This document shows, in pieces, positions 36,517 to 50,364 of a stretch of 54,280 nucleotides of DNA (position 1 is the stretch's first letter; every line of letters starts with the position of its first letter). Where the stretch lies: NCBI GenBank assembly GCA_001938485.1, contig MQRK01218062.1, positions 137,688-191,967 of the forward strand, written 5' to 3'. The DNA is from Girardia tigrina. Taxonomy: Eukaryota. Below the pieces are notes generated by a model. The model did not search any database. It had not been told where the DNA came from and saw only the letters and a list, made by a program, of their open reading frames with translations. The position numbers and the translations under genes are program-made.

Positions 36517-39015
36517 TAATATATATAAATTATATACCATACGGTTATAGATAAATAATATACCATACGGTAATCGGTTTATTTGCGGTGATAAAATCTG
36601 CAGCAGCTTTTTAGAATATTTTGAGAAAAAATATTTTTTTCGGTGTTTGAGGCTTCACTTTCGGTCATTCCTGGGAATGAAGAAGTATTTCGCCTCATTC
36701 CCCGGGATGGTTCCGAGTTTTGGAAGCCTGTGAGTAATATATATATATATATATATATATNNNNNNNNNNNNNNNNNNNNNNNNNNNNNNNNNNNNNNNN
36801 NNNNNNNNNNNNNNNNNNNNNNNNNNNNNNNNNNNNNNNNNNNNNNNNNNNNNNNNNNNNNNNNNNNNNNNNNNNNNNNNNNNNNNNNNNNNNNNNNNNN
36901 NNNNNNNNNNNNNNNNNNNNNNNNNNNNNNNNNNNNNNNNNNNNNNNNNNNNNNNNNNNNNNNNNNNNNNNNNNNNNNNNNNNNNNNNNNNNNNNNNNNN
37001 NNNNNNNNNNNNNNNNNNNNNNNNNNNNNNNNNNNNNNNNNNNNNNNNNNNNNNNNNNNNNNNNNNNNNNNNNNNNNNNNNNNNNNNNNNNNNNNNNNNN
37101 NNNNNNNNNNNNNNNNNNNNNNNNNNNNNNNNNNNNNNNNNNNNNNNNNNNNNNNNNNNNNNNNNNNNNNNNNNNNNNNNNNNNNNNNNNNNNNNNNNNN
37201 NNNNNNNNNNNNNNNNNNNNNNNNNNNNNTATATATATATATATAAATATTTTACCAACTTGTTTTTTTGGAGAGAGATTTGGAGATAAATGAAATTTTT
37301 GGGGAATATTACCATTTTTAATAAAATGATCTTCGGCCTATCTATCAGCCGACCAATGAAAATAGAAATTGGCCATTAGGCCATTAATCAATAAGCCCAT
37401 TATGGAAAGATAAATTGACGGCCTTAATTGCCTAATTTGATTAATTTATGTTATGGCCTTAATGGCTTTAAAGTTGTATAATTTTTGGCCAACAGGCCTA
37501 AATAATAATTTAAATAATTTTTTTTAAAAATAAACAAATTTTTTTATATACTGTAAGCTCTATTATAAATAGAGCAATATTTTTTTATATAATACTAGGA
37601 AAAAAAGAAATAAAAAATATACTAAACACCTGTATTAACTCCTGTATAGGATTCACTCAATATTTTTAGTATTTGTCTAAGCTGTATAGCATCTTATAAT
37701 CTCGCCTCCAATCATTCAAAAAGTTGTACAAACCTTTGCTCAAAGATTGTAATTGTACATTAAAATAAACAATTATTGGAAGAAACTTTGTTATTTATTG
37801 GAGTCAAAGAGTTCATCGAGTATAAATGTTGGGTCAGATAGTTGAGCGCCGAACACTAAACAAATCCTTCTGATTTCTGTGTTCAAATTCAAATTCAAAT
37901 TAAAAGCCCAACAATACTGTATCATATAATTCCAAATTGTATTATGTATATTAATAAATATTATGGTTTATATTTATACAGTTTTGTACAAACGTTTAGA
38001 ACCAAATTGTATACATTCTTATCATAAAATATTAAAGAAATATTTAGAAATTACATTAGAAATTTATGTAACATTCGATGTTGAAATTTTTAACATACTT
38101 TTGAGAAAAAGTTTTTTAAAATTCCATTAATTTTAATGACTAGGAACTTTTAGAAAAATACTGTTTTCTTCAAAAAAATTATTACATCTCTTTCGATTTT
38201 AATGTCAATAAGTAAATTAACGTATAGAAAAGGAATACGTAAAGCTATGTATCTTAAAATTACTTTTTGAAAGGTTTAGACATACAAAAATAAGATATCA
38301 AAGCAGTATAGAAGTAAAAGTCGCAAAAGTAAAATTAAAAATTCAAGAGTGAACTAAAACAAAATTTAAAGCTTCTTCGCTTATTGTAATTCAGTTGTTT
38401 CTTTCAACCAGAAAATACTAGTTATTATTTGCATGCTATGGAACGTTTGCACAAAACATTATCGAAAGCAGTCTGGTTAAGACATCTTATCATGTTTTGT
38501 TATTTTTTTAATTTTATGAAAATAAAAATTAATACTAATACCGTAATATTTAACTCACCACTTTTAATTTTATCAGAATCGAATTTCCATTTCTAAGCAT
38601 TTTTTGAGTCTGTTGAAGAAGTATAAAGAAAGTAATTGAACGACGCAAATGCAATATAAAAGAATTATTGAAATATTTCAAAGATTAAGAATACTTTGGT
38701 TCATTTATATTAAATGCAATGGAAAGAGATTATACCAATGTGGAGCAACAAATTCATTTTACTTTTCATTTAATCGTTCCCGGTTCTTCTTAAAAAGAAT
38801 GTTATTTTTCTCCTTACAAAGTATATTATAATTGAAACAGTAATTCTAATAATACTTTTCTTAATTTCTCAATATTTCCTTTCTATAAATTTTAAAGAAA
38901 AACAAGCCTTTAAATTTGATTCACAGGTTTGATAGATAAAAGTAATAGAAATATCAATAAAAAATGGCAGATCATTAAAATCAAAACAATTAAGTCAATT
39001 AAAAGTTTTTAATTT

Positions 39016-39285
39016 CATGTCTATTAATTTCAATGGATTGCCCATCATTATCAGAACACATGATTATTAAAAAGAATGATTATTATATGGTGGGGTTAGT
39101 GACTATTTAATTAATACGTAATCTTTACATCGTTTTAAAACACTCAACAAGGCTGTTGAGAATTTAGTTTGGACGTTAATTATAGAATCTAAAGAACTTA
39201 TATATAACACTTTCATGTTAATCTTGCTATAATTCTGGAATTTAGTGCACAGAATTTTCAAATGTTGAGGTTTTATGTCTCCCAT
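39016..39285 (-). mobile_element. PLE 3' remnant with a hammerhead motif (39016-39060)
   Basis: HLKILCTKFQNY...LYISSLDSIINVQ (GIY-YIG C-terminus), then tgtgtt CTGATAA t gatgg gcaat ccatt GAAA TTAA TA gacatg. Confidence 0.65.
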
Positions 39286-39377
39286 CTTAAATAATCATCT
39301 GTTCTAATTATGATGTTAATCCGACGAAATTAATAAACATGAAAATAAATCTTAATTGACTTTCTTGTTTAGAAATA

Positions 39378-40583
39378 TTAGGTTGAAGAATAAGTTACGG
39401 CCGTTTTTTGAATTTTTAATCAATTTTTAATCAATTTAATATTTAAATCAAATTTTTTGATGTAATGTTATATGTTATTTGAAAGCTATTGTTTTGCTCT
39501 AAAAATTGGTGTATTTTGTTTTTTTATTCAGATTAATTTTTGTCGATTTTTAGACCATTGAAATGGAGTGTCAAGTCGACAAAAATGAGCATTTCCGACT
39601 CAATCTATTGTTTGCGTATAATCGAGGCGCCAAAGCCGCAGACGCTGCCCGAGAGCTTTGTGCTGTATACGGAGAAGGTGCTATAGCTGATAGAACCGCT
39701 CGTGATTGGTTCGCAAAATTTNAAATTGGCAATTTTGACCTCAAGGATGCACCTCGTTCAGGACGACCAAATGAATTCGATGAAGAGCGTTTGAACAAAC
39801 TTTTGCATGAAGACGCGCGTCAATCCACTCGAGAATTGGCGGAACAAATGGATTGTGATAAAAAAACTGTCGTGAACCACCTGAAATCAATGAGAAAAGT
39901 TAAAAAAATGGGAGTTTGGGTCTCATATCTTTTGACCGAAAACAACAAAAACCAGCGATCCACAATTTCGGCGAGTTTTCTTGCCCGTCATCGCTCTACT
40001 CACGGTCATAAGCAACAATTTCTTTATCGAATTGTAACGGGTGATGAAAAATGGTGCCTGTATGTCAACATGAAACAGCGCAAAGAATGGTGTAGCCGAG
40101 AAGAACAATCGACACCGCGAGCAAAACAGGATCTTCGTCCACGAAAGATAATGCTATGCGTTTGGTAGGGTTGGGAAGGGATTATTCATTATGAATTGCT
40201 TCCTCGAAACCAAACAGTGAACGCAGAACTTTATGTTCAACAGCTGCATAGACTCAACGCCGCTATAAGACAAAAACATCCGGATCGACAACATGGCGTT
40301 ATTTATGCAACACGACAATGCACGTCCACATATTGCCAGAATGACCAAAAAGCCAGGTGTTTCGTTCAACAATGATGGAGAACTGCAAGTTTGGTTGGCT
40401 GAATTCTTCGAGTCAAGACAGGGCGATTTCTACCAAAGAGGCATTGAAAAACTCGTTGAACGTTGGGAAGAAGTCGTGAACAATGGCGGAGATTATATTT
40501 GTGATTAATGTGTAGTAACTTTTTTGTTAAAAAATAAAATTTTAATTTTTCATAAAACGGCGGGAACTTATTCCTCAACCCAA
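39378..40583 (+). mobile_element. Mariner element with a pseudogenised transposase (39563-40506)
   Basis: TIRs with TA TSD; DAPRSGRP, IVTGDEKW, HDNARPH, LVERW; in-frame stop at 40166-40168, a frameshift and loss of the YSPDL region. Confidence 0.95.
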
Positions 40584-42261
40584 TATTAAAAAAATAATAT
40601 TTTATAGTTGCATAAAACAATTTTTAATTTACACGTTTATTAAAAATTACTTTAATTTAGGAAAATAATATATCTTTAAATTTTTATTGAAACATTTCCT
40701 TTTCATTATGTTAATATATTCATTACTTTATTGTAATTATTGTTAGGTTCGAAATCATTAATTGAAGTCATAACACGTAAAAATATATTTAAAATCTATA
40801 TTTTATATTTAAAATTTATTTCTAAAGTTTATATTTATGCTATTTTAAAAATTTAAATATCTATAAGTTCGCCAGCTCTAGCAATTATCATTAAAATTGG
40901 TTAAAAAACATTTATATAAATCATTTGTAGCTTTAATTTATTTATTACCTCGAGTTTGCCATTTTAATTAATATGTTTATTTTTTGAAAAATGTGTTTTT
41001 TATTAAAATAAATATAAATTTTTTGTTGGAAATATGCGTAATATAAGAACAAATTCCTCATTTTTGTAATTGAATAAATTTATTTGTGAGAACAAATTAA
41101 CTGTATTTGACTGACAATAAAGTTGTTAAAAATAGAATATAAAAACATTTTTCCTAAATATAGGTAAAAAAATCTGGGAAAGTGGATAGAAATATTATTT
41201 GTAAGACGACTTTCTTTCGGAAATGCTCAATTTTTAGTAATTTTTATTTCTCAGTACTTTCAGCGTATAGAACAATATTGAGTTATTTTTTTTCAATCAT
41301 TTATTAGATTTTGTAATTTTATAAATAGCGTTATGAAAAATTGTAAAACTGTATGCAGGAAATTAAAACAGAAATTATTCTTTTGACCATCAGGTATTTT
41401 CATCTGGATTGAAGCAACATTTAGAACTTTAAATATTTCAAAAGATAATTTAAAATTTAAATATGAAATTAAGTAAAATTTAACTCAATTCCATTTTCAA
41501 TATTCAACTATCGATAGATATAGCAATTTACACTTTACAACATAAAATATCTCTTATTTTGTAAAGTATGGAACGACAGAAAAAACTTATTCCTTTCTAG
41601 AAACGTATAAATAATTACGTTTAAATAAATGTCATTTAAACGTATATGTTTAATTTCCTTTTTATGCATAAATATTCGTAGTACATCCCAAAAAGGCCTT
41701 GCACTATATATGATTGAAAAATAACAAAGCAGTGGAAGCCATTACATTTAACAATTAATAAATAGAGCTAAAAATACATATACTATTAATTTTCACTAAC
41801 ATTATGGTAGTTCGTTAAATGCTTTCATGAAAAAGTAGATCTTTATGAAAAAACCAGTCATTAACGAAATAGATAGTCGTTAGCATCATTAAATGGATTT
41901 GAGACATATCCTTTTGATTTTTTTAAATTACGTAAAGGTCTAAAGACCTAAGATCAGGGTTGTAAGGTAGAGGATCAAGGTTTGTGATGTCATAGTCTTG
42001 GATAGCTACAATAACAACATAGGAAAAAAACAAGTGAGGATTGTCATTAAATCGTCAAATTGGCGAGTTTCTTTCCTTTTTTTAACATTAATGTATATAT
42101 TTGTCGTTTAATTGAATATTGCAAAGGCATGTAATTATGTAACACCTATTCAATCTCAGAACACAGACATTACGACAAGAGACCCGGATTTCAACTTCAA
42201 CGGGGATATTTCACCAATCTTTCGTTACTTGAAAAATACTTTTCCATTGTACAAGTTTTGA

Positions 42262-42746
42262 CACCGGAGAGACAAATCGTCATCTCAAAACCCAGATTAG
42301 TGAGCACTCGCAAATGAGTCGATCGAGTAAGGTTCTTGATCATTGGTTATGTTGTAAGGATAGAACCTCATCCATTTCAAAAGATGAGTTTTATGTTCTA
42401 TACAAAAGAGATGTGATTAACATTACGAACGACAGTTTTGTGAATCTCTACTAATAAGACACTACAACCCATCAATTAACATTCAGAATGGGCAAAGTAA
42501 GGTTATTTCACTACTTAAAATTTTTAATTTAAAATATTTTTGCCATTATTACCCAAAATTACTTTAATAAATAATAATATTTAATTTTCACTATACATTT
42601 TTAAGTTAATATATCTATTAAAATTGTATTATTAAAACAATTCAATATTCATATACTAAATATCCGAAATTTGCTGATGATAATGTATATAAACATCGAA
42701 ACATGTCCAATAATTATATAAAAAAGCTTTAATTAAATTATATTTT

Positions 42747-42750
<4 letters not shown>
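42262..42750 (+). mobile_element. PLE 3' end: GIY-YIG C-terminal half and 3' UTR running into (AT)n
   Basis: TGETNRHLKTQISEH...DHW...ERQFCESLLIRHYNPSINIQ (one frameshift), followed by a hammerhead. Confidence 0.85.
42668..42714 (+). ncRNA. Minimal hammerhead ribozyme
   Basis: ttg CTGATGA t aatgt atataa acatc GAAA CATG TC caa: complete core, palindromic CATG, GUC cleavage triplet. Confidence 0.75.
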
Positions 42751-42801
<51 letters not shown>

Positions 42802-43182
42802 NNNNNNNNNNNNNNNNNNNNNNNNNNNNNNNNNNNNNNNNNNNNNNNNNNNNNNNNNNNNNNNNNNNNNNNACCAAGTTTATTTTTGTTTGCAAAAATA
42901 TAATAGTCGTTTAATTTATCTCAAAATTTTATTTCAATCCAATTTACATAATTTTTTTCTGTATTTTTCATTGACAAAATCGTTAATTAATTAATCAAAA
43001 TCAATTGACCTCATTTTGTCAGCATTACTTGATAATAATGCAACATTATTTAACGTTTTTTGGGAAAGAGTTGATCGCAAATAATTTTTTGTTAATTTTA
43101 ATTTGGAAAATGACCTATGAACTTCAGAGTCAAGAAATTCGATTGATATTCATTTTTTGTATACAGTATACTATTCAACATT

Positions 43183-43233
43183 TTGGGGCCCCCAGGCCAT
43201 GACCTAGTCGGCCTACTTGTAAATCCGGCCCTG
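43183..43233. mobile_element. One terminus of a hAT-like MITE (the other end possibly in the gap)
   Basis: GGGGCCCC...GGCCTA...AATCCGGCCCTG, i.e. a CAGGGCCGGATT-type TIR. Confidence 0.55.
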
Positions 43234-43249
43234 ATTGTTTTGGGTAAAT

Positions 43250-43600
43250 ATTTAATATCGAAGCTGCCTTTCTCATCTAATTTTGGATATCAATCAATCA
43301 CTGGTTATAGTGTCTCATTAACAATTATTTCCAATACACCCTCTTCTTATGCCATTCAGAGTTAGTTTGAAGAAATATAGTTTAGTTTAGGTTCTATCCG
43401 TTCAAAAACTGCAACGATTCAAAACCTTACTTTATCGACCCGTCTGTAAGTCCCTGTGTGTCCCTCATCACTAATCCCTGTTTTGAGATGACTTATATTC
43501 GAATTATGATATCCATGATATTCAAATTTACATATAATATTGGATTTCATTGTAAAATCAGTTCTAGATGTCACGGCTAGAAAATCTCTCACTTAGATCC
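43250..43600 (-). mobile_element. PLE GIY-YIG fragment
   Basis: RDFLAVTSRTDFTMKSNIICKFEYHGYHNS...HLKTGISD...LMRHYN, resembling the 42262 family. Confidence 0.6.
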
Positions 43601-45633
43601 AAATAAATAATTTCTATTAAAATCTATTATTTGTAACATCTAAATGCGAAAAGACAGTTCAATATTTTATATTCACTAACAGACGACCTCGGAATTTAAT
43701 GAAAATAAATTCATTAAAGAAAGAAAATAGAGTTATTACATTGTTATTAAAAAGATTTCTTTTCCGAAAACCTATGATTTTTTGACAATAATGAATGAAA
43801 GAATAACTTGTTTTGATGTAGTACTAAAATACCCCTATGATTTTTTAAAATAAATAATTAGCTTCTTCTAGTCAGTCTTCTATTTTAGTTAGCTAATTAA
43901 ATGTTACTTAAAATATTAAATAAATATAGAATCTTGGGATATCAAATAGTTTCTAAGGAAATATATTTATAATTAAGTATTAAATTAAAAGAAATCCGTG
44001 TTCTACTTGCAAAATTGTTATTTTCGTTGCAAGTTATCCAACTGAAAAACCTAAGGAGATTGAATGTAATAACAATATTTTATTAGGAAGAACATTTGTC
44101 TTTTGAAAAGTATATTTATCATTTTAATAAATTTCCTATTTCAATTAGTTAATCAAACCTAACTGACGATAAAAAGTCCTTCAGTCGTTTTGCTGTTTGA
44201 AAATGTTATCTTTTTATTTTGTCTTTAAAGTTGAGTCTTTACATCTTCACCAATTAATGTAAATTTAGTCTGTTTTCTATTAAATTAATCTTTCCCTTAA
44301 TTGTAAAAAAGAGAAATATTTTTGGATTATTTCCATAAATTAAATCCTGAAAAGTAAATTTTTTGAAGAACTTATTTGAAATTCCTAAACAGTCAATTTT
44401 TATAAATTATATTTTATTTATATTTCTAATTTTCAATTTAAACAAACAAAAATTTTTACAAGCTCATTTTTTCTCTCAACATTTGGGAAAAAAATTATTA
44501 AAATTTCGAGTTTATTTAAGTTTATTTATATTTAATTAAACTTAAAATTAAAGTTTAAATTAATTTTCACAAAAATTATTTTAGTTGCTTGAAAAAAATT
44601 AATTTCAAATAAATAAAAATTTTAAATTTTTTTTAGTTTTGTTTTTTTTATGTTTAAAATTACCAAACAATTAATAATATTTATTATTAATATTATTTAT
44701 TAATTTAAATGTATTAGTTTTTAATTTTATATTGTTATTTTTCCTAAATTTGAAATAATAATTTTAACAAAATGGAAAAAAAACTAATCATATTTATATC
44801 ATTTAAATCTTTTGTTTTTTTCAAATTTGTTTTATCAACCTGTCATCAATAATAAATATCAATTTTAATAATTATTTACTTTATCTTTTATATCAAATTT
44901 CTTTTTTTCATTTTATTGTTTATAAATTCAATTTTTTTAATAGCAAATATTTGCTTTTCTTAGCATATTTATTTTTGATTTTATTATATTAATTTGGATT
45001 ATATTAGGATTTCTAATTTTATTATTATATTTTTTTCCGAAAAAAATAAATGAGGTTAAAAAGATTTTAATTATTATAAATATTTTTTTTCATTAAGAAT
45101 GGTATAAAAATTTATAAAATAATAAAATTTTAACGATAATAATGAAAAATATTTATTTCATAAAAATGAATACTTGTTTGTCTTTTTAATAATTAATAAA
45201 TGTGAATTATTAATAATTAAATTTTAATTTTATAATTAAAAATAGTGAAATAATAAAAAAAATAATAAATAAAAATAATAAAAATTTTCATTTATATATA
45301 ATTTAATGAACTTTCGTGTCTCTTTAATTTTCGAGAAACAATAATTTTTATCTTGTCCTATCATTCAAATATATAATTTCTATTAATATAATATAATTTT
45401 AGAATGATTAATATAATTTCTGGCCTTTCGTATCCGTCTTCTTTTCAATCGATATTTTATATATAATTTATCTAAAGGAAAATACGAATATTATTTTCAT
45501 AAAATGAAAATTTATCATTTTATTAAATATAAAATATTAGGTTTTATATATATTATATTATAATAATCTCAATATAAACATTAATATAAATATAAATATT
45601 ATAATTTAAATATAAATATTAAAGAGAAAGAAC

Positions 45634-45671
<38 letters not shown>

Positions 45672-47371
45672 AAATTTAAAAATCATTTTGTTGCGATGAA
45701 GTTTATAAATATATGTTACTTTGTCTATTAATTTATATTCAAAATGGAAAAAGTTAAGCGTGTCAATTCTTAAAAATGTTTAATTTAAATAAATAAAAAT
45801 ATCTTGCATTAATATCCAATAAAAAGGTTGAAAAATAAAATATTTACTGAAAAATCTCCCTATAAATATTTACAACAAAAATGTTTTGTTTTTGTCAATT
45901 GTGAAGTTATTTCAGAACACAAGTCATTTATATGGCAATTTATCAATTTTTAAAAAAATTAATATGATATGACAATTCACTTATGACATTTAAGCATTAA
46001 TAATAAAATATATGTTTGCAAAAAAAATAATTCGAGTTTATATTTTTCTTTATAATTCTTAAACATAAGTTTTGTTATTATTTACGACCTTAAACCGAAA
46101 CAACATAACTAAAATCAGTAAGAATATTTGATAAAACATATTCTTTTAAAATAAATGTGCTACTAAAACATTTCTGGAATCATAGAAATCAAATAGTATT
46201 CCATGAGAGAGCCGAACTTTACTAAACTAATATATGTATTAACGGTCCCCCCAAGGATATATAACCTTTATTTATTTATCTGTGGTAAGAAATGAAACAT
46301 TAGTAGTATTAGTTTGTTTCTTTTCATTTTTATGATAAAAATATTTATTTATATAATGCTATTTAAACAAATAAATAAAACATTTTATTTGCAAATAAGT
46401 TTCATTATTAATGAAGTACCAAATGATGTTTTTTGTTGTTGTATTAAGGAATCTAATTTAGCTTTTTTAGACACTGAATGATATTGTAGACATTTTCCTT
46501 CTCAAATTGCTTTTTACTAATTAACTGATTTAGTATTTGAAATTTATTGAATTAATTTTAAAATTAATTAAAATTTATTTTTACCAGGATATGTTTTTCA
46601 AAGTCATTTTTCCTTAGATAATTGTTTCCTATGCTTATTTTCTTTCGTAAAAGTAATTTTTTGTATCAAATTTACCACGAGACAATAAAAGAATCAAATT
46701 TGTTTCTATACTGATTATAAATATTTAATTTTAAATGCCTAAATTAGAAATTTAAGACAGTATATGTCTTAGAAAGGGAAATTTAATCGTGTTTATAGAT
46801 TGCTTCAACTTTGGATAATGTTTATTCTTTACTTAATAATGAATAATTGGTTTGCTTTTATTCTCCCTATTTCCTCATTTTCCGGTTTTTGATGTGCTCC
46901 TCGCGCCTAAAACTACGTTTTCTTGAATTAAGAAAAGCTTTTCCTATTTAATGAAAATAGATTAAAATAAATGACTATTTGAAATACATAAAAGAACATA
47001 ATTTTTATTTGAATGAAAACTTGTCTGTTGTGATGATGTAAATTAATAATTTTCGGTGTATTAAATTCTCGATAATATTTTTGATACATTTATATTCTAA
47101 ATAATGTTTTTTTTCTAATGGGTTTATTACACTAAAATATAATTTATATAAATAAATCTTAAATTTCATAATGTATGAAAACGTTTAAAGAATTAAGATT
47201 ATGATTTAATATTTTTAAGAAAGATATGAGAACTTCGAAAAATTTTTTTTTATATTTTATGATTTTTTTCGTAATAAATATGCGGTACTATGTAGTTTTA
47301 ATACTAGTTCATAGACAATGAAAAACTTACCAATACGATCATAGTTTTTCCTTTGAATAAATAGCCTAGAA

Positions 47372-47949
47372 CAGGGGTGGCCAACCCGAGGCCCGCGGGC
47401 CACATGTGGCCCACTTTAAACATTTTTGCGGCCCTCGAGATTCATCACACTTTTACAAAATATATAACAAAATATTTTTGTTGACTTAAATATTAAATTA
47501 CATTAAAATATTAAAACACATTTTTGAAACATCAGAATCAAAAATAGATTTTTATAATACTTTAAGAAAGAAATTTACGAATTTGAGAAATCTGGCACGA
47601 AAAGTTGTTAGCGCTTTTGGTTTAACTTACACCTCCGAATCGTTCGAAAAAGAAAATGACTATAGACAAAACACGGTCAAACACAACAGACGCTAAATAG
47701 AAATCGATTTTCAAGACCTAAGTGGAAGAATGGAGAAACAAATATCGCACTAGTAAAATAAATACGTTTTTTAATTTTATTTTTATTTATATATATTTTA
47801 ATAATGTGCATTTATTATCATTATTATTATATTATCTATGTTAAATGGGTCAAATTATTATATAAAGATATATAATTTTAAATGCGGCCCGCGGAGTTAT
47901 TATGGTTTTCCAAAGTGGCCCGTAAGATCATTTAGGTTGGTCACCCCTG
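47372..47949 (+). mobile_element. hAT (Charlie/Buster-type) deletion derivative
   Basis: CAGGGGTGGCCAACC...GGTTGGTCACCCCTG TIRs; 8-bp TSD GCCTAGAA/GTCTAGAA; remnant FTNLRNLARKVVSAFGLTYTSESF. Confidence 0.9.
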
Positions 47950-50364
47950 GTCTAGAAACTTTTAAATCATTAATTTCTTATGCCAAACTGATGGACTCAA
48001 ATTTTGGATATTACGAGCACTGACATAATTATTATTAAAACATTTATTACAATTAGAGTTTTCTTCGTGAAAACTCTCGGAAGATCTTTCATTATTCTTC
48101 ACCATTCTAATTAGTATTATCTCTAATTATAACAATAAAATAGTTTTTAATAATGATTATTCGAACAATTTTCCTCATTTTCAATATTATTTATCGTTTA
48201 TTTAATTTTAAAATATTTAAATATTCGTTTATAAAATTAATCAATTTTGTGTTTTTAACTTGAAAATTATTTTATTGGGATTTCCTTTAAATTTTACGAT
48301 GCAAATATATTTTAAAATCCAATTATATTACAAAAACTTATGTAGTTTATGTTTTACTTAATTTGTAAAATATTTCATTATTTATAAAAACAAATTAAAA
48401 CTAATTGTAAAATTATTTCAAACCTCTAAAGTGTCTTTAATTAATACGTTAAACGTGTTCATTTCAATTTTTGATAAAGAATACTTATATTAAAAAAATT
48501 ACGCTAAATTAATATTTTTTAAACTTAAATTTTATAAAATTTTAAAGTTTTCATTTATTTTAAATGTCAATCCTGTTCGCATGATCCCTTATCGCAAATC
48601 GCAAATACAATAAAACTCCAATTTTCCAACTTGGTGCTAGAATCACAATTCTAATTTCAAAACCATTTAAATCAACACACCCTCAAATCAAAAGTAAATT
48701 TCCTGAAATATGTATATGGTCTCATTTTTCTGAAACTATTTATTATAATAATTATAGACTATGTTCCATGATAAGTCAAAAAGTTCAGATTAAGAAAGTT
48801 GATCGTGCGTATAATAACATGTATAGTCTTGTTGAAGGTATTTTTTGTGTGAAAGAATTATAAATTAGTGAAAGCAATGACCTATTTCTACGATTAATAA
48901 AACTTAATATTTTTTCTTTGAAAATTTTATTTTTTTTTAACAATTGACATTAAAAATAATGTTTTGTGGGTAATGTTTTGTCGGTCTGGTTTCGAGCACG
49001 ATTCATGTTCCATAAATGATATGTGAAAAAAAACCAAAGCTATTTAAAATTTATACAAATCAGAAGAAGTTTCAGAAGAATGTATTTAATATATCGAAAA
49101 TTGTACAGAAAGTAGAAAAACAATTTACATTTTTAACGCACGCTACAACAATTATTTAAACAAACTTGAAATTTAATACAATAATTTTCAAATTGGTTTT
49201 TCGTCCAATTTTATTTTGGGCTCCCAGTTACAGGGATTGACAAGATGCGGGACATAAAAATGCTAAATAAATTAAGCTAAAAAAATGTAAAAAAATGAAT
49301 ATCGAATTCCACGGGGTGTCACAAAATAAATTAAATTAAATTAAAATTTGATGATAAAATAGTGGTGGCAATTTTTTAACATATCAATGTTAATTTACTA
49401 TTTAGAATATTAATTTAATAATAATTTTTTTAATTATTTATATTCATTCTTATTTAGACATTTTATATATAATTTTTATTATAAAAGACAATTTTGAGAA
49501 AACAAATCTGCAAAAATCAATAAAGATACAAAATTAGATATCAACTAAACTTCTATGTAAACTTGACGAACAATAAATAATAAATTGATTCTTTCTCTAT
49601 TTATGTATTAATAAATTATTTAATTGAAATATTCAACTGGCTAATTGGTTTGAGCTTAATGCTCAGATTATTCGCTCTACGGTTGAATGATTTTATTATA
49701 TTTTTATATAATGTGTTAAAAAGATATTTTTTGTAATTTGTGATAATTAATGTTTCAGTGAATCGTAAAATACAAATTCATTCTTTTCAAATAAAAATAA
49801 AAAAAGAAAAATTATAACAATTATCTTGCCAAATTAATGCATAACTTAAATTAAAAATATATTTTAAAAACCCTAAGATGACATGTTTTGATTATCAACG
49901 ATGTTTTTAAGAACTAATTACAGTCATTTTATTTGAAGTCTCGGACAACTCTCTGCTGGTCGCTCTATCGATCCATTTGGTAAAGGAACTGACGCATTTC
50001 ACGATTCATTCGTACACATCAATAATCGACTCGGTTGACGTGAAAAGTGCGGCGAATCTCATCATCTTCCATGAATTTCGTCATTTGCACCGCTCATCGT
50101 GGCTCTCTTTTTGTATCACCAAATATTGACTCTTGGTATCTCCATATATCGCGTCTCTATCGACAAATAAATTGAATTGTTTACGCTCGCTATTCGCCCG
50201 ATGTTTTGTACAAACGCAACAATAAATAATCAATGAAGAACGAAGTTCTTCAAATGAAACCACCACACTAAAAAAGTGGTCAAATCGTTTTACCTAAACA
50301 AAATTCTTTTTTAATAAAGATTTTTTTATTCCCTAAACAAAACAATTTTAATCCAAATTATATA

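Noticed and set aside
37330-37500. Recurrent GGCC motifs resembling a CRISPR-like array
   Set aside because: Irregular spacing and no constant repeat; more likely subterminal motifs of a decayed DNA transposon.
48980-49020. Possible hammerhead on the minus strand (GAACATG aat CGTGCTC GAAA CCAG)
   Set aside because: The CUGANGA core and the UH site are absent.
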